Translations under genes and position numbers: made by a program
From: Leptonemataceae bacterium
Lineage (GTDB): Bacteria; Spirochaetota; Leptospiria; Leptospirales; Leptonemataceae
NCBI GenBank assembly: GCA_965227295.1
Contig: OZ245742.1
Span: 320,001 to 384,000, forward strand
Reading direction: 5' to 3'
Length of the DNA: 64,000 bases
Shown here: positions 1 through 10,192 of the stretch, in pieces
Position numbering within the stretch: the stretch's first letter is position 1
Layout of the letters: each line of letters starts with the position of its first letter
The notes under the pieces: generated by a model
The model's input: only the letters and a program-made list of their open reading frames with translations
The model's database searches: none
What the model was told of the DNA's origin: nothing

Positions 1-577
1 CGAGGACCGGCGCAACAGTCCGGACTACGGACGCATCGCCAGCGAACGACACCATGCGCGGCTCAAGTCCATGCTGGACGACAGCGTGAATGCCGGCGCC
101 AACGTTTTTCTGGGCGGCAAGATGGATGCCGACGATCGTTACCTCGCACCGACGATCCTTACGGAGGTTCCCGCAAACGCGCCGGTGATGCAGGAAGAAA
201 TCTTCGGACCGCTGCTACCCGTGCTTAAGATTCGCAGCATCGACGACGCGCTCATGAAAATCAACGCCGGCGAGAAACCCCTGGCGCTGTACATCTTCAG
301 CAAGAAGAACAAGAACGTCGACCGCGTGCTGTCGAACACCAGCGCCGGCGGTACCTGCGTGAACGACGTACTCGTCCACTATCTGCATCCGAACCTGCCC
401 TTCGGCGGCATCAACAACAGCGGTCACGGCGCATCTCACGGCTTCTTCGGATTCCGGGCGTTCTCCCACGAACGCGGCGTGCTGCGCCACTCGGCCCTCG
501 CCCCCATGAAGATGATGTTCCCGCCGTACACCAACTTCGTGAAGAGAGTTATTTCCATTGTAACAAAGTGGATGTAA
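1..577 (+). CDS. Aldehyde dehydrogenase family protein (ALDH3/coniferyl-aldehyde type), 5'-truncated by the window edge
   Basis: MQEEIFGPLLP, EKPLALYIFS and LPFGGINNSGHG motifs; the frame is open from the window start. Confidence 0.92.
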   Translation, partial: EDRRNSPDYGRIASERHHARLKSMLDDSVNAGANVFLGGKMDADDRYLAPTILTEVPANAPVMQEEIFGPLLPVLKIRSIDDALMKINAGEKPLALYIFSKKNKNVDRVLSNTSAGGTCVNDVLVHYLHPNLPFGGINNSGHGASHGFFGFRAFSHERGVLRHSALAPMKMMFPPYTNFVKRVISIVTKWM

Positions 578-589
578 GGTCGGATCAGA

Positions 590-646
590 ACTCCGAGGAC
601 CGAGGAAAGATGGGAAGAAAAAACTCGGCACCTCGGTCCTCGGAGT
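590..646. terminator. 16-bp perfect inverted repeat (terminator or REP-like hairpin)
   Basis: ACTCCGAGGACCGAGG (590-605) / CCTCGGTCCTCGGAGT (631-646), just after the ALDH stop codon. Confidence 0.55.
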
Positions 647-659
647 CAAAAAATCAAAC

Positions 660-1025
660 ATGCAACCGCCCCCGGAACACGACAAACCCGCCGCGCCCGG
701 TATTCACATCGGATTCGAAGGCCAGGTGAACATCTATCACGTCGTCGCGCCGGACGACGACTTCGGTACCGCGGCGAATGCCGTCTTCGATATGTTGAAG
801 CGCGCTCAGGCGGAACATCCGGACCAGCGCCGCGTCCTCTACGTCGACATCGAAGGCCACACGGGATCATCCTCCGGATTCGAGCCGGACTTCTTCGAGT
901 TTCAACAGGAATTCCTGCAGGGATTCCTGGGACCGTTCTTCAGCGCGCTGGATATGCCGCTTCAGTCCGTCTTTAATCCGAATCCGCAACGCAACGATGT
1001 CCCCGATTTGATCGACATAAAATAA
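660..1025 (+). CDS. Hypothetical protein
   Basis: 121-aa ORF with genome-like codon usage; no motif recognised. Confidence 0.75.
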   Translation: MQPPPEHDKPAAPGIHIGFEGQVNIYHVVAPDDDFGTAANAVFDMLKRAQAEHPDQRRVLYVDIEGHTGSSSGFEPDFFEFQQEFLQGFLGPFFSALDMPLQSVFNPNPQRNDVPDLIDIK

Positions 1026-1098
1026 TCCTCAAAAATCCGGCATAGGTCTAAAAAATGTTGGACTCGATCTGACAATCGGTGTAAATTCCAGCCCAATC

Positions 1099-1269
1099 AT
1101 GAACTCGCGCCCCGAGGAAACCTCTACTGTCGTTCCCTCCGCAATCGACGCGGCGTGGGATCATGAAATCACCCGGCGCGTCCGTGAAGTCGAAGCAGGT
1201 TCGGCAATCATCCACGATCTGGATGATGTGTTGAGTGAGCTTCGTTCTGAAGCGGATGCTCGCGGTTAA
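1099..1269 (+). CDS. Short addiction-module antitoxin (TIGR02574-like), apparently lacking the N-terminal part
   Basis: Translated by hand (not in the ORF track): MNSRPEETSTVVPSAIDAAWDHEITRRVREVEAGSAIIHDLDDVLSELRSEADARG; AWxxEIxRR motif; overlaps the toxin start. Confidence 0.75.
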   Translation: MNSRPEETSTVVPSAIDAAWDHEITRRVREVEAGSAIIHDLDDVLSELRSEADARG

Positions 1270-1558
1270 GCTCCACGACGAAGCCAAACAGGAATTGCGC
1301 GAAGTCGCCGCCTATTACCGGGCGAAGAGCCCGCGACTGGAACGCGCGTTCCTCTCCGAATTCCAGCAGGCCTGCAATGATCTCCGCCGCTTTCCGCTCA
1401 GCCGCCCGCGCGGCACTGCTGGAACTCGCAAGTCGGTTCTGCGTAGCTTTCCCTATAACATAATCTATCTGCTACAGCCGATGCGCATCGTGATTATCGC
1501 CGTCGCTCACCAGAAACGCCGCCCCGGATACTGGCTTGAACGCGCGGATTTTAGATGA
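1256..1558 (+). CDS. Type II toxin, RelE/ParE family
   Basis: EAKQELREVAAYY...RSFPYNIIY...IIAVAHQKRRPGYW; ATG at 1256 overlaps the antitoxin. Confidence 0.88.
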   Translation: MLAVKLHDEAKQELREVAAYYRAKSPRLERAFLSEFQQACNDLRRFPLSRPRGTAGTRKSVLRSFPYNIIYLLQPMRIVIIAVAHQKRRPGYWLERADFR

Positions 1559-1664
1559 CCACACAATACGCGAAGTGAGCGCAACCACGGTCATCGACGA
1601 GGTTCGCGGCCCGTACTCTAAGCTACGTTACAACGAGGTTTTCGCTAACAGGCTCCCGTTACTT

Positions 1665-4600
1665 TTACTCTGCGGGCAACAGGAGCCGCAACTGATCACG
1701 CTGTTCAGTCTGGATTTCGACGTTGCCCTCTACCTCGTCTATTGTAGCTTGTACTCCAGATGCCTCATATCGCCACTTATTGAGACTGGTCTTGGGGATT
1801 TGGCGAGTGCGGCCGTTTATCATAACCGTAATATTGGGTCCGACTTGTGAAGTGGAAGGCGCAACAAGAAAACCCCCGTCCTTAAAGTCCAATGTTACCG
1901 TACGCGGGCCAGCCCCATCCTGATTATTCCGCAGATACTCGAGATCGCGGTTGGATTCGGAAATCTGTGCATTTAATTGAACCATCGCCTGCCGAATCCT
2001 CACAGCCTGATTAGTCCGAAACCTTTCTTCCTGCGCTCTCAAATTCGTCACAGCCTCTCTCATGCCATCCCGGTCACCGCTGCGTGCGGCGCGTTCGAGA
2101 TCCGCCAGAGAATTGCGACTGCCATTGAGGTATTGACGCAGACCGCGCTGAAGTTCCGGAAATTGGTCGATCCCGTCCGCCAGGTCATCCAGAGAATCAA
2201 ACCGCCGATTCATGTTCTCCGTGTAACGCTGGACCTTCGCCAACTCCTGGGCATCGTAGTGGTTCGTCAGCAGAGTCTCGGCCGGCTCGCAAAGATCCTT
2301 GTTTTCGTATCCGCCACCGAGGCAAACCACGTGTTTCTGTTTGGCCGCGTCCCACTCAATTTGATAAGGCGGCTGAGCCGAACTTCGATCCAGGCTCTCC
2401 GGCCACTCCCCTTTCTTTTTCAGCAGTTCACGATAAGCCTCGAAGGCAACGGCCCTTTTACCCGGATCGTCCAAATCCGCATACCCGAACGACGTCCGCT
2501 CTTCATACTCCTCATCACTCATCAAGTCATCCAGAGTAACCGGCCCGTCGTCGGCAATCTCCGGCGCCTCCCGGGTCGTCACTCCGGTCTCCCCGTCTTT
2601 CGCCGGTTGCTTATCATCTCCACCGCCGCCGAAGAACCATTCCCAGAGTCCGCCGCCGCCTTCGCCGACCTCACCGCGGGACACCCCGTCCCCGCCGATC
2701 GAACCCGCGGGTTCTTCCGGAACCGCCGGTGTTTCGAACAATTCCGTAAAGTCCTCGCCTAACTGCTCCGTAGCATCACCTAAGACCGCGCCCACGTCGT
2801 CGATCTTGCCGATGGGCGACTCCTCCGAAAGCGGCGGGTCTTCGCCCCAACGCCGCGGATTGCCGGCCCAGTCGCGCAGATTGTTCCATTGATCGCCCAC
2901 CGCTTCGAGAAACGGACTGCGCGCCCGACCGCGGTCGATGTCCAGCAGCTCGCGTCCGGCCCCCGTCACCGTACCGGTAAAACCGTTCTCGGTATCGAAG
3001 CCGCCGCCGAAGTCCAGGCCGCCGTAGCTGCCGTCGAAGTTCGTGCCGATTTTGTTGCCGTCTATGTTCAGAGGAATACCGGCGCCGTTCACCGAACCGG
3101 TAAAACCGCCGCCCATAAAATCAAACGTACCGTCGATGCCGTAACCGGAACCGCCGATGTCGGCCAGGTCTACACCGAACTCCCGGCCTAACTGCTGTAC
3201 ATCGCCGGTTAAGCTGATGCCGTCCGGACCGAAAGAACCGTTGAGACCGTAGCCGGAGCCTTCAACGGAAAAGCCGTCCCTGGAATTATAACCCGGCCGA
3301 AAGGTCGCTCCGCCGACGTTGATCGGATTCAGTCCGATCGTAAGGCCGTCTTCGCCGCTGTAACTGATGTCGCCGTACTCCGAGGAAACGCCGAGGCTCA
3401 AACCCTCGCCGCTGCGATAGCCGATCTTCGGATCCAGTTCTTCGGGAATCGGTAGATCAAAACCCAGGGCCCCGGCCAGACTGCCCACGCTTACGCCGAC
3501 GCCCCAATCGCCGTTCGCATAATCCACCTCGACCCCGTAGCCGCCGAGAGAACCGGAAAGACCGTTGTGTTCGTCGTACTGCATGCCCAGCTCGAAGCCG
3601 CCGTATCCCGCGCTTAAATCTCCGGAGAAACCGTTCTCTTCATCGTATCGTAGATTCAGGCCGCCGCTCAGCCCGCCGGATTCACCGCTCACGTTCAACT
3701 CGCCGGACAGTCCGCTTTCACGATCGTAGTTCACGTTCAGCCAATCGCTCTCGAACGAACCGCTGAGACCCTCGCTTTCGTTGTAACTGATGCCCAGATC
3801 ACCGTAGCCGCCGCTCCAGCCGAGTTCCGCACCGAAGCCGTTTTCCGTATTGTACGAGATTCCGGCGTTCATGCCGCCCTGACTGTAGCCGAGGCCGACG
3901 GTCGAGCCGCCGTGTTCGGTATGCGCGAACGAAAGTCCGCCGCCGCCGAAGCCGACACCGACCGAAGCACCGAAGCCGTCCTTCGGATCATAGGACAGGC
4001 CGACGTTCACCGCCCCGCCGGTGAGTCCGGACACGTAGGTATTCGCAATAGAACCCACGGCGCTGACCAACATGCCCTGCAAGCCGCCCTCGGATTGCAA
4101 CGCGCCGTTCACGGCGCCGGCAATGGCCATGGACGCGCCGCCGGTAAACGGCGCGGCGATCACACCCACCGCGGTAATCGCGCCGGTAACCGCTCCCATG
4201 CGCTTCGCCTTCGCGGCAGCCTTCTTCGCGTCCTGATGCGCCATGAACATGGACGCGAAACCGGGCGGTAAACCAAGGGCCTCGTCGATAGCCGACATGA
4301 TCTGGCCTTTCACGTACTGTTTCGCCGCGTCCGCCGGATCGGCGCCGCCGAGTACCGCGCTAACAAACGACGGCGGCAAGTTAAGAGCCTGACCGATGGC
4401 GGCGGAGACCTGGCCCTGCACGTGGCTCTGGATCGCCTCGGCGAGACTCGAACCCTTGAGCATGCTCTCCGCGAGTTTCTTCAACAACTTCGCGGTGGCG
4501 ACCTTCTGCGTGACGTCGTCCTGGAACATCCGCTCGCGTTCGCGAGCCGCCTCGTTCGCCGCCGTAAGTTGATCCCGCACCGACTGCATCTTGTCGCCCA

Positions 4601-7109
4601 GATACGATTGGTACTCCGTATACGATTCGCCGACCTGCGCGCCGAGGTCCGCATAGTCCCAGTTCGTGAAGATGTCTTCACCGCCCACCAGACGCACGGC
4701 ATCCGGCGGCAGGATCGTCACTGCCTGCTCCGTCATTACACGATCGTAACTATCGCGCTCGGTAGCGTCGCCGCCGTTGCCCACGGCCACCCCCGAACCG
4801 ATTTTGCGTTTCATGGTAACGCGGCCCTGTTCATCGACGACGACCTCGAAGCTGTCGTCCGTGTGCCGCTTGCGTTCCTCGGCGAGCTTACGCTGGAGAT
4901 CCTCGCGCAGTCGATCGTACTCGGCCTGATCGTACGCCTCGTAAAACTCCGTCTCGCCGACGTCCTCACCGCTCTCCGCGGCTTCTTTCAATCGCCCGAG
5001 TTCGGCCAGGCGATCTTCTTCTTCGAAACGAGCGCGATTCGTTAAAAAAGAAATCTCCCCGTTCTGGGCCCGCACCTGCTCCGCGATCTGACCGATGGCG
5101 TCGTTGCGCGCGTCTACGGCGCGCTCGTGCTGCGCGCTGGCGTAGCTGAGGTTCTTTACGCCGGTCGTCGCCCGCTGAAACTCGCCCAGGAGATTCTCCA
5201 GCACGGAAGCGTCGACCCCGCCGCCTTCACGGTTAAAGTCCGTTGAGATATTGTTAAGTCGGCCGCGCGCGTCGTCCAGATGCGCCCGCGCAGCGCTTTG
5301 TGAAATGCCGGATGTGATGAGGTGATCGTGAATGCGGTCTAATGTTCGTTCACTGCGTCTTTGTAGTTCTCGCGCAATGTCGCGGGCCCGGGCGGCGGCT
5401 TCCGGGTCCCCGCTGGCTTCCGCTTCCGCCGCGGCCTTCTGTAGCGCCGACCACTGCGCCTGCCCGCGCCGACGGATCTGATGCATATACGCGCTGTAAG
5501 CATTGCGCCGGGCCACGAGTTCGTCGCGGCCGGCTTCGAACGCGGCCTTCGCGGAACTGCGCACCGCCGCCGCCTCGGCCTGAAAGTTTGCATAGTTTTC
5601 TTCGTAGGCCGCCTTCTGCGCTTCCCAGGTCTCAATCGCGCCGAGCAGATTATTGCGCCAGTTCAACGCAATCGGCGAAAGCGCGTCGACGTAAGCCTGG
5701 TGCGTCTCTTCGTTCTCTTCCGCGGTTTCATCGAACCAGGTGAGACTCCCGCTGAAGTTCAGGTTCTGTTCCGCCCAGCCGTCCGGGCGAGGCGAAAGCA
5801 AATTGTGAAAACATCCGCCGACACCGAAGGCACCGATGCACGGCGCCGCATCGAAGGTGAAGGCGCCGTTTCCGGCGCTGCTGTAACATTCTCCCGTGCG
5901 TGACGGCCCGAGCTGGAAGACCGCGACCTGGTAGTGTCCGCCGGAACTGGAGCCGCACATATCCACCGAGCCGTTGACTTCAGTGAACGTCTTGCCCTTG
6001 AGACTCGACATGGTGGAGAGAAAGGCGTCCTCGTCCCCGGTATCCATGAATACGGCGATGGCATTCACGACGTCGTTCGACGCACGCCAGTCGATGGCGT
6101 GGTTGTCGCCCACCGCCTGGGCCAGGTCCGTAAAGGATTCCGTGCCGGTCTTCGTGGTCGTGTAGTGATCGACGATCTGCTCTTCTTCGAGGACCTTCGC
6201 TTCCAGTTCCGTGGTCATCGTCAGCACGAGGTCCGCGAGCGGCACACCGTTCGTCAGGTCCTGCTTGAGCTGATCCACGAATTCCTGAAAGTCTTCGCCG
6301 GATTCGTTGTACACCCCGGGAGAGTCGTAGAACATCCCGTTCGATTGCAGGAGGCCTTCCATGCCCGCCACGGCCGTGGCGATGGCATCGCGCACAGCCT
6401 GCTCGTAGGCTTCGATCTCCGCGAGGGTCCCCTGGAATTCGTCTTCTTTGTTCTGGAGTTCCGTGAGGGTTGCGAGGTAATCGTTTTCAAGATTCTGGAG
6501 GGCCGCCCCGAGTTCGGCCGAGGCGCGGTTCGCTTCCTCCTGGATCTTCTGTTCCCAGCGCGCGTAAGCTTCGTCGACATCTCCTCCCGACGACGTCGGC
6601 GGGGCGTGGTTGCCCGCCGAGGAAGCCGGATCCCTGGCCGTAAGAAACGCGGAGCGTTCTTTGGCAATGGCGGCCAGCGCGGACTGTTCCCAGGCGGCCT
6701 GGGCCTCCGCTTTCTGGATCTCCAGTTGGCCGCGCAGGTACTCACGATACTCGTCCTGACTGTGAAACGCGTCGCCGGCAGTGACGCTGCCGACTTCCGA
6801 TTCGATCAACGCGTCGACCTGGCTCTCCCATTCGGCCGAGATGGTGTATACGCCGGCAGCGATGATGGACTGCCACTGGGTCGTGGAGGAGGTGCCTTCC
6901 GCCTCACGAAAGTAGGGGGTAAGATTCGACTCCTGGAATTCCGGCGTGGCGAGGTCGGGGACCGGGATCGGCTGTGCCTGAACCGGTGTGACCGGCACCG
7001 CGCTGGTGACCGCGAAAGTTACGACAGCAAGCCAGGAGATCGCCTGGCGTTTTCTTCGGGCAAAACCGGCCCCGAAGAGATTGAGTTCTCTGAACGAATC
7101 CATACACAC
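1665..7109 (-). CDS. Large secreted protein, Leptospira TIGR04388-like (polymorphic-toxin-like)
   Basis: 1814 aa; signal-peptide-like N-terminus ending VQAQ; coiled coils; Gly/Ala hydrophobic segment (VIAAPFTGGAS); Gly-rich repeats. The N-terminal PxLxTPxF...W...EWESQV pattern is recalled from the family. Confidence 0.7.
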   Translation of the reverse strand: MCMDSFRELNLFGAGFARRKRQAISWLAVVTFAVTSAVPVTPVQAQPIPVPDLATPEFQESNLTPYFREAEGTSSTTQWQSIIAAGVYTISAEWESQVDALIESEVGSVTAGDAFHSQDEYREYLRGQLEIQKAEAQAAWEQSALAAIAKERSAFLTARDPASSAGNHAPPTSSGGDVDEAYARWEQKIQEEANRASAELGAALQNLENDYLATLTELQNKEDEFQGTLAEIEAYEQAVRDAIATAVAGMEGLLQSNGMFYDSPGVYNESGEDFQEFVDQLKQDLTNGVPLADLVLTMTTELEAKVLEEEQIVDHYTTTKTGTESFTDLAQAVGDNHAIDWRASNDVVNAIAVFMDTGDEDAFLSTMSSLKGKTFTEVNGSVDMCGSSSGGHYQVAVFQLGPSRTGECYSSAGNGAFTFDAAPCIGAFGVGGCFHNLLSPRPDGWAEQNLNFSGSLTWFDETAEENEETHQAYVDALSPIALNWRNNLLGAIETWEAQKAAYEENYANFQAEAAAVRSSAKAAFEAGRDELVARRNAYSAYMHQIRRRGQAQWSALQKAAAEAEASGDPEAAARARDIARELQRRSERTLDRIHDHLITSGISQSAARAHLDDARGRLNNISTDFNREGGGVDASVLENLLGEFQRATTGVKNLSYASAQHERAVDARNDAIGQIAEQVRAQNGEISFLTNRARFEEEDRLAELGRLKEAAESGEDVGETEFYEAYDQAEYDRLREDLQRKLAEERKRHTDDSFEVVVDEQGRVTMKRKIGSGVAVGNGGDATERDSYDRVMTEQAVTILPPDAVRLVGGEDIFTNWDYADLGAQVGESYTEYQSYLGDKMQSVRDQLTAANEAARERERMFQDDVTQKVATAKLLKKLAESMLKGSSLAEAIQSHVQGQVSAAIGQALNLPPSFVSAVLGGADPADAAKQYVKGQIMSAIDEALGLPPGFASMFMAHQDAKKAAAKAKRMGAVTGAITAVGVIAAPFTGGASMAIAGAVNGALQSEGGLQGMLVSAVGSIANTYVSGLTGGAVNVGLSYDPKDGFGASVGVGFGGGGLSFAHTEHGGSTVGLGYSQGGMNAGISYNTENGFGAELGWSGGYGDLGISYNESEGLSGSFESDWLNVNYDRESGLSGELNVSGESGGLSGGLNLRYDEENGFSGDLSAGYGGFELGMQYDEHNGLSGSLGGYGVEVDYANGDWGVGVSVGSLAGALGFDLPIPEELDPKIGYRSGEGLSLGVSSEYGDISYSGEDGLTIGLNPINVGGATFRPGYNSRDGFSVEGSGYGLNGSFGPDGISLTGDVQQLGREFGVDLADIGGSGYGIDGTFDFMGGGFTGSVNGAGIPLNIDGNKIGTNFDGSYGGLDFGGGFDTENGFTGTVTGAGRELLDIDRGRARSPFLEAVGDQWNNLRDWAGNPRRWGEDPPLSEESPIGKIDDVGAVLGDATEQLGEDFTELFETPAVPEEPAGSIGGDGVSRGEVGEGGGGLWEWFFGGGGDDKQPAKDGETGVTTREAPEIADDGPVTLDDLMSDEEYEERTSFGYADLDDPGKRAVAFEAYRELLKKKGEWPESLDRSSAQPPYQIEWDAAKQKHVVCLGGGYENKDLCEPAETLLTNHYDAQELAKVQRYTENMNRRFDSLDDLADGIDQFPELQRGLRQYLNGSRNSLADLERAARSGDRDGMREAVTNLRAQEERFRTNQAVRIRQAMVQLNAQISESNRDLEYLRNNQDGAGPRTVTLDFKDGGFLVAPSTSQVGPNITVMINGRTRQIPKTSLNKWRYEASGVQATIDEVEGNVEIQTEQRDQLRLLLPAE

Positions 7110-7303
7110 TTCCTGCGCGCTTGCGAAAAGGCCTTCGGCATATGGATGGCTCCCTCAACCTTCCGGCAATTCAAAGCCGTGATCGCAAACGCTACTGCCC
7201 ACCCGGCGGAATGCGCCTAAAAAATGAGCATATTTACTCTTTTTGGGCAAGGTTCGCGAAAACGGCGATGACTGTCTAACGGATTTTTAACAATTCCGAG
7301 ACA

Positions 7304-7804
7304 TCATCGTTTCCCCGGCGCCCGCCGAATGTACAACGTCTTATACACCCGCGCGACAATCTCATCGTCCTCGTTGCGAATCGTCGTCTCGAACTCCCAG
7401 TCCGTCTTGCGGTCCTTCGCGACCTTCGCGCGAATCGCGTCGAGGGTCTCCGCATCGATCTCGAAGCGGGCCCGCACGGTGCCCGTTCCCGGCTTTACGA
7501 AGTCAATGCGGGCGGATTTGTCCCAGATGATGTAGTCCTGCGCGCCCAGGTGATGCAGCAGGATGAACATGTAAAACGGATCGCACATGGAATAAAGCGA
7601 ACCGCCGAAGTGTGTGCCGACGTAGTTCCGGTTCCAGAAGTGCATGTCCAGTTGCGTCTCGATCCAGTAGAAATCCGGATCGGTAGCGCTCACGTGAATG
7701 CCGGCGCCGACATACGGCGGATACAGATTGATGGTCTGCTGAAAACCCAGGGCCTTCGTGGCCCATTCCCACTGCGGCGAAACGGCGAAATCCATGCTTT
7801 TCAT
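7304..7804 (-). CDS. DUF4442/YiiD-like hotdog-fold thioesterase
   Basis: INLYPPYVGAGI, NRNYVGTHFGGSLYSMCDPFYM, IWDKSARIDFVKPG. Confidence 0.88.
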   Translation of the reverse strand: MKSMDFAVSPQWEWATKALGFQQTINLYPPYVGAGIHVSATDPDFYWIETQLDMHFWNRNYVGTHFGGSLYSMCDPFYMFILLHHLGAQDYIIWDKSARIDFVKPGTGTVRARFEIDAETLDAIRAKVAKDRKTDWEFETTIRNEDDEIVARVYKTLYIRRAPGKR

Positions 7805-7879
7805 ACTGACCGGTAAGATATTGTTTTCGTCGAAAATCTGTCCAGACGATTTCCTGAATTTGTAGGAACTCTTACAGAA

Positions 7880-8263
7880 TCAGCCGGCCCCATCCGTCGG
7901 CGGCTCATTTGGCCGCGCGTAGAGGATCGCAAAGAGGACCACGGCCGGAATGACTCCCACCACCAGCGGGATTGCCAGCTCTATGTTCCAGATGGTCTCA
8001 CGCCAGTAGAGGTAACCATAGCTCGCGCCGTAGATTCCCGTGGCCGCAGCCACGCCGACAACCGCGGCCGGGAGCGGCTCGCCCTGCCCCGGTACCGCCA
8101 TCAGACCGGCCACCGCGCCGAAGATGGCCGCAACGCCCAGGGCTATGTCCCATCCGAGCGGCGGAATCTTATCGTGAGCAATGACGAAGGCGGCCTCGTG
8201 CATGGCCAGCACGATCGGCGGTACGGTGGCGAAGATCAGGGCAAAGGTCTCGCGATACGACAT
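7880..8263 (-). CDS. Hypothetical membrane protein
   Basis: 127 aa with about four hydrophobic segments. Confidence 0.7.
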   Translation of the reverse strand: MSYRETFALIFATVPPIVLAMHEAAFVIAHDKIPPLGWDIALGVAAIFGAVAGLMAVPGQGEPLPAAVVGVAAATGIYGASYGYLYWRETIWNIELAIPLVVGVIPAVVLFAILYARPNEPPTDGAG

Positions 8264-8401
8264 GTCACAGCGGCAACGATCGACAAAATTCTGTAAAATA
8301 AAAATGGACAGGGCGCCGACACACTGTCATCGAGTTTGGTGCCGGACTGTGGTCCGGCGGGGCCGCATACAAACAGCCAGCGCGCCGGATCGGAGGTTTC
8401 C

Positions 8402-10192
8402 ATGATCGCGAACAACTACTTCACCGATAACGAAGATCTTCTATTATACTTCAACGAACTCATCGACTGGGACGAAATCGTCCAGGCCACGGAGACGGGC
8501 GCCGACGGCACCCCCTTCGCCGACGCCAAAGAGTACGCCGAGACCGAAAACGAAAACCTGGCGTTCGCGCCGTCCAGCACCGAAGAAGCCGTCGAGTTCT
8601 ACCGCGCCACGCTGGAATCCCTCGGCGATCTTTCCGGCAACCTGGTCGCCCAGCGCGCGCAGAAGATGGACTGGACGGGCCTCAAGCACGAGAACGGAAA
8701 GGTCACCTTCCCGCCGGAAATGGTCGAATGCTACGAAGCATTCAAAGACGCCGGCATCATCCCCTACATGATCCATCGCCGTTACGGCGGCCTCGGCATG
8801 CCCGCGGTCATCGCCGCCATGTACACCGAAATCGTCACCCGGGCGGACACCGCCTTCATGATGGCCCTGGGTCTGCTGAACCTGGCGAACACCATTGTGC
8901 GCTACGGCACCGAAGAACAAAAGCAAACCTACGTAACGCGCATGGCCGCCGGCGAATCCCTCGGCGCCATGGCCCTCACCGAACCGAACTACGGCTCGGA
9001 CCTGAGCAGCGTGAAAACGAAAGCCGTGAAGCAGGAAGATGGGACGTATCGTCTCTTCGGTACGAAGCGGTTTATTTCCCAGGGCTGCGGCCTCGGCGAG
9101 TATCCCTGCACGCTGCTGACCCTGGCGCGCACGGGCGGCCCGGACAGCGGGGCGCGGGGTCTGTCGCTCTTCATCGTAAAAAGCGAGGACGTCGAAATCG
9201 CCGGCATTGAAAAGAAGATGGGCCTGCACTGTTCGCCCACGTGCGAAGTCGTCTACGATAACTCCCCCGGCGAACTCATCGGCAGCGAAGGCTACGGCCT
9301 CACCCGCTACACGCTCCAGATGATGAACGCGGCCCGGGCCGCCGTGGCCGCCCTGGGCGCCGCCATCGGCAGCGCGGCCTACTACGAGGCAAAGAAGTAC
9401 GCCCACGAACGCGAGCAGTTCGGCAAGAACATCGTCAACATTCCGGCCGTGAAGCGTATGCTGGACCGCATGGAGCGCGAGAACATGGCCATCCGCCTGC
9501 TCACCGGCGAGGCCGCGCGCGCGGTGGACAACTACATGCACCGCACGATGGTCATGGAGCGTGCCGGTATCTCCGAACGGGACATCAAGAAAAACGACGA
9601 CCTCAAGTACTGGGAACGCATCGCGACGATGTTCACTCCCATCTCAAAGTACTACGGCTCCGAGATGGGGATCACCCTGGCGAGCGACGCGGTTCAAATT
9701 CACGGCGGTGCCGGCTATACCGAGGAGTACGACGTCGCACGCATCTACCGCGATTCGCGGATCAACACCATTTACGAAGGAACGACACAGCTTCAGGTCG
9801 TCGGCGCCATCGGCCAGATCACCGCGGGCATGTCTGAAAAAGGCAACTTCCGCAAGTACTTCGAAAACGAGCTGGCGAAGTTCTCCGCATCGGAGCAGGT
9901 CCAACAGGAGTGGGATCAGCTCGAAGAAGCCGTCTCCATCTTCAAAGAAATCGAAGACAGCGAGATCCGCGACGGCGTGGCCTTTGAGGTGGTGGAGATC
10001 ACGGCGCGGCTCATGTGCGGCATGCTCCTGGAACGCGGCGCCTCCCGCGTCGACGGCGAGAATCGGGACCGCCTCCTCCGCTACGCCGGGGCCTATCACA
10101 CCGATTCCGGTGCCATCATCCTGGGAAATCTGTACAAACTCAAGGCGGCGAAGGCCAGAACCGGCACGGCCCCGCAGACCGCGGCGGTCTGA
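8402..10192 (+). CDS. Acyl-CoA dehydrogenase family protein
   Basis: AMALTEPNYGSD, GTKRFIS, EKKMGLHCSPT, AVQIHGGAGY, IYEGTTQLQ; GGAGG RBS before ATG 8402. Confidence 0.95.
   Translation: MIANNYFTDNEDLLLYFNELIDWDEIVQATETGADGTPFADAKEYAETENENLAFAPSSTEEAVEFYRATLESLGDLSGNLVAQRAQKMDWTGLKHENGKVTFPPEMVECYEAFKDAGIIPYMIHRRYGGLGMPAVIAAMYTEIVTRADTAFMMALGLLNLANTIVRYGTEEQKQTYVTRMAAGESLGAMALTEPNYGSDLSSVKTKAVKQEDGTYRLFGTKRFISQGCGLGEYPCTLLTLARTGGPDSGARGLSLFIVKSEDVEIAGIEKKMGLHCSPTCEVVYDNSPGELIGSEGYGLTRYTLQMMNAARAAVAALGAAIGSAAYYEAKKYAHEREQFGKNIVNIPAVKRMLDRMERENMAIRLLTGEAARAVDNYMHRTMVMERAGISERDIKKNDDLKYWERIATMFTPISKYYGSEMGITLASDAVQIHGGAGYTEEYDVARIYRDSRINTIYEGTTQLQVVGAIGQITAGMSEKGNFRKYFENELAKFSASEQVQQEWDQLEEAVSIFKEIEDSEIRDGVAFEVVEITARLMCGMLLERGASRVDGENRDRLLRYAGAYHTDSGAIILGNLYKLKAAKARTGTAPQTAAV

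Noticed and set aside
1536-1850. 104-aa + strand ORF as an immunity gene for the giant protein
   Set aside because: It is antisense to and overlaps the giant gene's 3' end, has a TTG start inside the toxin gene and shows no recognisable features; probably a shadow ORF
5934-7220. Long antisense ORFs (also 8444-9541, 17978-19159, 26758-28206, 33842-35080)
   Set aside because: They mirror well-supported genes on the opposite strand, which is expected in high-GC DNA
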